Shown: positions 58,612 through 64,000 of the stretch, in pieces
How the letters are laid out: every line of letters starts with the position of its first letter
Numbering within the stretch: position 1 is the first letter of the stretch
Assembly (NCBI GenBank): GCA_043228905.1
Contig: JBHGNT010000011.1
Span: forward strand, 15,190,001-15,254,000
Length of the DNA: 64,000 nt
Reading direction: 5' to 3'
Source of the DNA: Azolla caroliniana
Taxonomy: Eukaryota; Plantae; Polypodiophyta
Program-made: the position numbers and the translations under genes
The notes under the pieces: model-generated
Databases searched by the model: none
What the model was told of the DNA's origin: nothing
The model's input: only the letters and a program-made list of their open reading frames with translations

Positions 58612-61600
58612 TGTCGAGGTATTCCTCGCGGATGCGTGGAGTGAGGCGGGACCTCGGGGGTCCTGTACCGAAGAGTAAGAGAGGGAGAGAGAGAGACCCA
58701 CTACGTGCGAGCGTAGATTCACAGGGACACGGCCCTTCGACGCAAAGACGCGAATGGGACATCGACACAAAAAGACACGAAAGTATGTATGTATTGACAA
58801 GACAAACAACAAGAACACGAAGACAACGAACACGAAGTCGGTTACAACCGAACAGGCCGGCGGACAGATGCCGATGCCTGTTCATAAACGTACAGAAAGA
58901 CAGGAACAGGTTGGAGGTGCTGCCGGAAGCACTCGGGCATTCCTCAGAGCAGCGCGAGCCTCCCGAAACCTGCACAGAAGGAAGCTATGGAGTCTGCGAA
59001 CCAGAGAGAGAGAGAGAGAGAAGCCTTCGCGCCCAATCCGACAGCACTTCGTCCTCGACTCTCCGCTATCCCGCCTACTCTCCTCGTCTCCCTCCTTTTT
59101 ATAGGCAAGGAAGGAGCCGTTTCCCCTTTACTCCCTACCTACCGAATCTACCTAGGATCTCCTATGTACAACTTAAGGCGCACGTGCATGAAGAGTCGGT
59201 TTCTACGCTCCGGTACACCGATTCCGCTTGTGGACGGTTTTCTTCACGACATCCGCCCCCACCTAACCGCGCATCCACCGGCATGCGCCAAATTGTGTTG
59301 GGATGGAGAAAACCGGTCCAGCCTTCATTCCCCGCCCGTCGGTTCTTCCTCGGTTTCGGATCGCTCGTCGTCGCGGTCCAAGTCAACCTGATCCGGCTCG
59401 TCGTCGTGACGCTTCTTGAACGTCTTGATCCGCTTCCCAGCTACCGGTATCGTCATCCTCGTACCGTCGAGTTCTGCCAGATGGTACGTCCCGTTGTCGT
59501 TGGCGCTTTGTACCACGTAAGGCCCGAACCACCTTCTTGCGAACTTCCGTGTCGCTCGGTGCTGGTTGTCGAGGCTGCTGTCGTAGACTAGCACCCAGTC
59601 GCCTTCCTCGATCTTCTTCGGTCGGAACCGGTGTGTTCGGTCGAACCAGGCTTTGTTCCTCATCCTTGCTCCCCGAAGCTTTTCCGCAGCCTGCTCCACG
59701 TCCTCCGGTCTCCGCTCGAGCTGTCGTATGCGCGCCATCAATAGTTCCTCCCGGCTCATCTCGTCTCTCCAGTCCACGGTTGCCCATGAGGAGACCGTAC
59801 GTTCGATCGGCATGATCGGCTTCTGCCCAAACATGAGCTCTGCCGGCATGAACCCGGTTACCGAACTGTGCGTAGTCCGGTCAGCCCACAACGCGTAAGG
59901 CAGTAGCCGCGGCCAGTTCCCGACTCGACCTCCGCACGCCCGAACTAATGCCTTGACGATTGGTCCGTGGCCACGCTCCACCTTTCCATTCGCCTCCGGA
60001 TTGTACGCAGTGGTAAGCGAGAGCTTGACTCCTAGCCGGTCGAACAGCTCCTCGGCCTCTTCGGCGTCCAACTCCCCGCGATCAGCCACGATCTTTCCGA
60101 CGCACCTGTACCGGCATATTACGTCCTCGAGCAGGAACCGACATACGGCCGCAGTCGTTTTGTTCTGAAGGGCCCGGCCTTCCACCTGGTTCGTTAGATC
60201 TTCCCGAGCCAGGACCAGATACCGCATCTGTCCTACTCCTATCGACATCGTTACCAGGTCTACCATCCATTTGAAGTGGATGGTCGGAGGGTACGTAGGG
60301 TGAAGTTCGTCCCGGTGTCGGACTATGGAGTGCATCTGACAGCTCTCGCAAGTTGTCACGAATCGATGCACGTCCCGGTACAGTCCCGGCCACCAGTACT
60401 TCCCCTTTATCTTCTCGAACGTGGCCCAGGTTCCACGGTGTCCGGCCCAAGGGCTGTCGTGGTAGGCCGTCAGCAGCTCCTCCTGTTCTTCCTTCATCGC
60501 CACCACCCGGAGCGGAGCGCCGTCCCTCTTCTTCGGGTGCTTCCATAAGTATCCGTCCCGGAGAAAGAATCGGTAAGCTTTCTTCCGGATCCGGTTGGAC
60601 TCGTCCTTCGTCCATGACGCATCCGGCGTCATTGTCCTCAAGAATCCACCGATCTGGAGCCACTCGCCGTCGTACTTGCTCTCGTCGAAGTCGTTAAGTG
60701 CCGGGGTGCTCGTCCCATCGGTCGTCACGTACGCTGACTCGAAGAAGTCCACGCCGACTTCTTCATCCTCCGAAACCATGCCGCCCTCGTCATCAAACCT
60801 TGCCCTCGAAAGTATGTCGGCCATGGCGTTATCCTTTCCGGAAATGTGCCGTATTTCCGGGTCCAGGGACTTGACGTACGCTATCCACCTGAGCATCGCC
60901 AGGTCCAGTGTCGCGCATCCGGAAACCATGCCGAGAATTGGCAGGCAATCCGTCTCGATAATCACTTCTGCCCCGATCAGGTAGTCTTTGTCGGCCTTTA
61001 CTGCCGAAACGATACCCCAGAGTTCACGTTTAACCTGGGCGTACCCTCGTTGTCGCTCGTTGAGGACCTTCGCGCCGAATCGGATCGGGAACCGAATGCC
61101 GTCCTCGTCTTCTTGGTTGACGACCCATCCGATCCTGGTCGGACTCGTATCCACCGTTATGTATACCGGGGTACCCTTCCCGTAAACAGCCTTCCGGAGC
61201 GCCGGTGCTGCCGCAAGAGCTTCCTTCAGCTTCCGGACCGACCCCGTGTGCTCGTCTCGCCATTCGAATTTTTGCCCTTTCTTCAGCAACCCGTATAGCG
61301 GCTCCGCAACGTGGGCGTAATGCGGGATCCATATGTGGTAGAACGCGCATGCCCCTAGGAACCTCCGAACTTCCGTAACCGAGCTACAGTCGGTCTTCAT
61401 CGCGGAGATGGCTTCTACCTTTGCCGGAGACGGCTTCCGGCCATATGGTCCGCATAGATGCCCGACCACCAGGATTTCTGATTGCCCGAAGGCCGATTTC
61501 TCCCCGGAGAAGGTGAGCCTCGCATCCTCTAGCCTTTGTAGCACCTTCTCCCAGTCGTCGATGTGTGTTGCTACGAATCGCCGGCATCCGTCCGGCCCGA

Positions 61601-64000
61601 GTGTCTCGTCCTTCTCTTCTACCAGGCACCCTTTGATGGGGATGTCGTCTAGAAACGGCATGGTGATGTCCGGGATGCAATCCCTCAGTACTTTGTTCAT
61701 TGCATTCACCATGTGGGCCACCGAGTTGGTCCCTCCTTGTGGCAGGGTACACATTCGCACTAGGCCGAGGGGAGTTCGCATTGTCGTAATGTCTCTGCTC
61801 TCCACGGCTAGCTGGAACTGGTCGTACCCCGAGTATAGATCACTGACCGAGTAAATCGACCTTCCGGCGAAGGCCTCCGCGAACTCGTCTATGGTCGGTC
61901 CGATTCCTGCGTTCCGGATGGTCACTCTGTTGACCGGCTGCAGGTCCTGAATGAAGCGCAATGTTCCGTTTTTCTTTGGTACGGTGAACCATCGGTTCGA
62001 GTATGGCGCGCTCGACGGTTCGAGAATACCCATATCGACTTTCTGCCTCAATAGCTCCATCAACTTCGGGATGTGAGCTCTCGGTACTGGAATCGGCTTG
62101 AGATTCCACGGCACATGCGGTACCGTGAATATCACCATCGGCTCCACGATCGTCGGGTCTACGCACCCGATCTCTTCCGGTGAGAATGTGAAGGCTTTCC
62201 CGTGCCTTCCGAGCATCCTCCGAAACCGGTCTTCCTCCGCCGGCAGTAGGAACCCGCCCCCACCGATTTTGAGCTCCCGGAGCGTCCCGTCGGTGAAGGT
62301 GTGTCCTATGAAGGCCGGATCTCGTATACTGGGGTCCGACGCAACCCCTCTGATCCTGGACTCGCTGCCCTCCGGTAAGGGTGCCGCGACTGGCCTTACC
62401 TTCCGGTCCACAGTCTTGTACTTTGTGCTAACTCGGGCCGTCCGATCCGACCCGAGCCCCCGACTGAAGTCCGCGATGACTTCGTACATCTCTTCGGAAC
62501 ATACTGGTATCGTCCGGTCTTCGTTAAGGTCTTCTCCGGCAACCTTCCTCAGCATCCCCAAGGTGTCGTCGAAGGAGACCGCCTCCACGGCTCCGCTGAT
62601 TTCCTCGTCCGGGCCAAGAACTCCGCACGCTCGAAGTCGCTCTTCCACCCTTGTCTTTTCTCGGCCAACGATGCCGACCATCATACACCCTCCGCTGTCG
62701 GAGAAGCAAAATCCCCTACCTATCGTACAATCGTGGGGTCTTTTCCGAGTGTCCGGGCTGTCTCGGCCCCACGCCTTGGCAGCCCTCTCTAAAAATCCTC
62801 CCGGCTCTCGCCACCGAGGGATTCGCGGTTTCTCTCGTGGTTCGGCCGCACCGTCAAAAATTGCACCGAATGGCGCCCGTCCTGGCTTTTGACCCTCGCG
62901 TAGGCCGAACCGTTGTCCAGCACCTTGGTCTCCATTCTTGCCGCCGTGATGTATGGTTCACCTAATATGACCAGATGCGAGGACGTCTCCTGTACGAAGA
63001 AGTGCTGGTCAATCTCAACGTCGCTGATCTTTACTCGCACGTTCGGGCAGGCCCCATGCAGTTCCTCGGTGGCGCGCGTCGCCGCCCGTATCTTCCACCC
63101 GTGCCTGGTGTTGATCGGCCACTTTCCCTTCTTATAGAAGTCCATGGACATTAGGTTTATTTCCGAACCGTGGTCCACCAACGCCACCACCGGTTCCTGA
63201 ACACCTCCGATTTTTACCAGGGTCTCCGTGGTCGCTCGGGCCCAGTGTGGCCTCGAATAGTGGCTCTCCGCCCACTCATCTTCCAGCGCCGAGTCGTCGA
63301 TGTTCGTCGTCCGCACCTCCACCGGTTTTTCCGGTTCCGTCTCCGTCGACAGTCTCTTCCGTTTCACCAAGTCTACAATGGAGTCGTGGAACTCCTTTTG
63401 GCGATCCCTAGCACCTCCCGTACTGACAGCTCCACCTTGCTGTCGAGGATCCGTTCCTCTAGGACCTTTCGTAGGTCCGTAGTCCTTTCAATTTCCGTCC
63501 CTAGTCGGTATCCGCCCTTCCTGGGTTTATCTTGCGAGCTGGACCCACCGGCATCGTTCCGTCGTTGCCCGAATCGGGTCTCGTACCGTTGTGATGGCCC
63601 GGCCGCTCCGGCTTTCCCCACTCGTTTTTCTTCTACCAGAACCTCGTAGTTCCGGCAAGCGGCTTCTACGAAGCCCGTCTTCTCCTCGACCGGATCGCTC
63701 CACCCGGTTATTTCCCGGACCCGTCTCTCAGCACGGTCCGTTTCATCTTTCCTCAGCCGCGCGCCGGCGAGGCCTTCCAGCATTGCCGACCAGAAACCGT
63801 CTTTACTCTCCTTTCGGGCCTCGCTGCCCCCGACCTGAATACCGGCTGACGCCGAGTAGTGGATGGCCTCCACGTGTCGGGCCGCTGCCTCTTCCATCAG
63901 TCTCTTCATACCTCCTCGCCCGTCGTTTCGGCTCAGGGCCCTCCTGGTGTCGCCAGCGTGCACCCGTCCTTCCCACAGGTACACCACCCGGTTTCTCAAC
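58612..64000 (-). mobile_element. TrpGy-4: tRNA-Trp-family gypsy element, 5' end beyond the window
   Basis: 3' LTR 58612-59251 (TrpGy-2-type), left flank ACGT, PPT, pol 59325..62684, gag-PR 62789..63999 with a frameshift near 63398. Confidence 0.95.
59325..62798 (-). CDS. pol: TrpGy-4 RT-RNase H-integrase ORF
   Basis: 1119-aa ORF closely similar to TrpGy-3 ORF2; open back to GGATTTT at 62792-98. Confidence 0.92.
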   Translation of the reverse strand, partial: GFLERAAKAWGRDSPDTRKRPHDCTIGRGFCFSDSGGCMMVGIVGREKTRVEERLRACGVLGPDEEISGAVEAVSFDDTLGMLRKVAGEDLNEDRTIPVCSEEMYEVIADFSRGLGSDRTARVSTKYKTVDRKVRPVAAPLPEGSESRIRGVASDPSIRDPAFIGHTFTDGTLRELKIGGGGFLLPAEEDRFRRMLGRHGKAFTFSPEEIGCVDPTIVEPMVIFTVPHVPWNLKPIPVPRAHIPKLMELLRQKVDMGILEPSSAPYSNRWFTVPKKNGTLRFIQDLQPVNRVTIRNAGIGPTIDEFAEAFAGRSIYSVSDLYSGYDQFQLAVESRDITTMRTPLGLVRMCTLPQGGTNSVAHMVNAMNKVLRDCIPDITMPFLDDIPIKGCLVEEKDETLGPDGCRRFVATHIDDWEKVLQRLEDARLTFSGEKSAFGQSEILVVGHLCGPYGRKPSPAKVEAISAMKTDCSSVTEVRRFLGACAFYHIWIPHYAHVAEPLYGLLKKGQKFEWRDEHTGSVRKLKEALAAAPALRKAVYGKGTPVYITVDTSPTRIGWVVNQEDEDGIRFPIRFGAKVLNERQRGYAQVKRELWGIVSAVKADKDYLIGAEVIIETDCLPILGMVSGCATLDLAMLRWIAYVKSLDPEIRHISGKDNAMADILSRARFDDEGGMVSEDEEVGVDFFESAYVTTDGTSTPALNDFDESKYDGEWLQIGGFLRTMTPDASWTKDESNRIRKKAYRFFLRDGYLWKHPKKRDGAPLRVVAMKEEQEELLTAYHDSPWAGHRGTWATFEKIKGKYWWPGLYRDVHRFVTTCESCQMHSIVRHRDELHPTYPPTIHFKWMVDLVTMSIGVGQMRYLVLAREDLTNQVEGRALQNKTTAAVCRFLLEDVICRYRCVGKIVADRGELDAEEAEELFDRLGVKLSLTTAYNPEANGKVERGHGPIVKALVRACGGRVGNWPRLLPYALWADRTTHSSVTGFMPAELMFGQKPIMPIERTVSSWATVDWRDEMSREELLMARIRQLERRPEDVEQAAEKLRGARMRNKAWFDRTHRFRPKKIEEGDWVLVYDSSLDNQHRATRKFARRWFGPYVVQSANDNGTYHLAELDGTRMTIPVAGKRIKTFKKRHDDEPDQVDLDRDDERSETEEEPTGGE

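Noticed and set aside
58524-59591. 355-aa ORF spanning the TrpGy-4 LTR
   Set aside because: Crosses an insertion junction, so it is a chance open frame.

Overview
Eukaryotic, most likely non-seed land plant (moss/fern/lycophyte-like), gene-free heterochromatin made almost entirely of nested LTR retrotransposons. Reconstruction from LTR termini and target-site duplications (TSDs): a 2100-bp tandem duplication and a degenerate ~150-200 bp satellite interrupted by Copia-1 (3165-7534); a LINE remnant hit by chromovirus Chromo-1 (10395-20931, minus, remainder beyond the window), which contains Copia-2 (14032-19986) and an unclassified element X. X's LTR is split by Chromo-2 (20948-38592), Copia-3 (38595-43940) and Chromo-3 (44310-50244); Chromo-2 contains TrpGy-1, which contains TrpGy-2; X's interior contains TrpGy-3 (50349-57686) and TrpGy-4 (58612 to window end). 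Main observations: (i) three distinct Tcn1/Tf1-like chromovirus LTRs share an outward-facing tRNA-derived A-box/B-box/CCA module followed by heat-shock-element arrays and TATA, with a Tf1-type self-primer in the two whose 5' end is visible, plus a shared -1 frameshift/pseudoknot; (ii) a tRNA-Trp-primed gypsy family makes 4-bp CpG-centred TSDs, has a DHG protease and a -1 frameshift between protease and RT; (iii) element X carries an antisense coiled-coil/polyQ ORF next to a tRNA-Arg-like PBS; (iv) a Copia family has a conserved coding extension after RNase H. Lineage names are inferred from motifs, not database searches.
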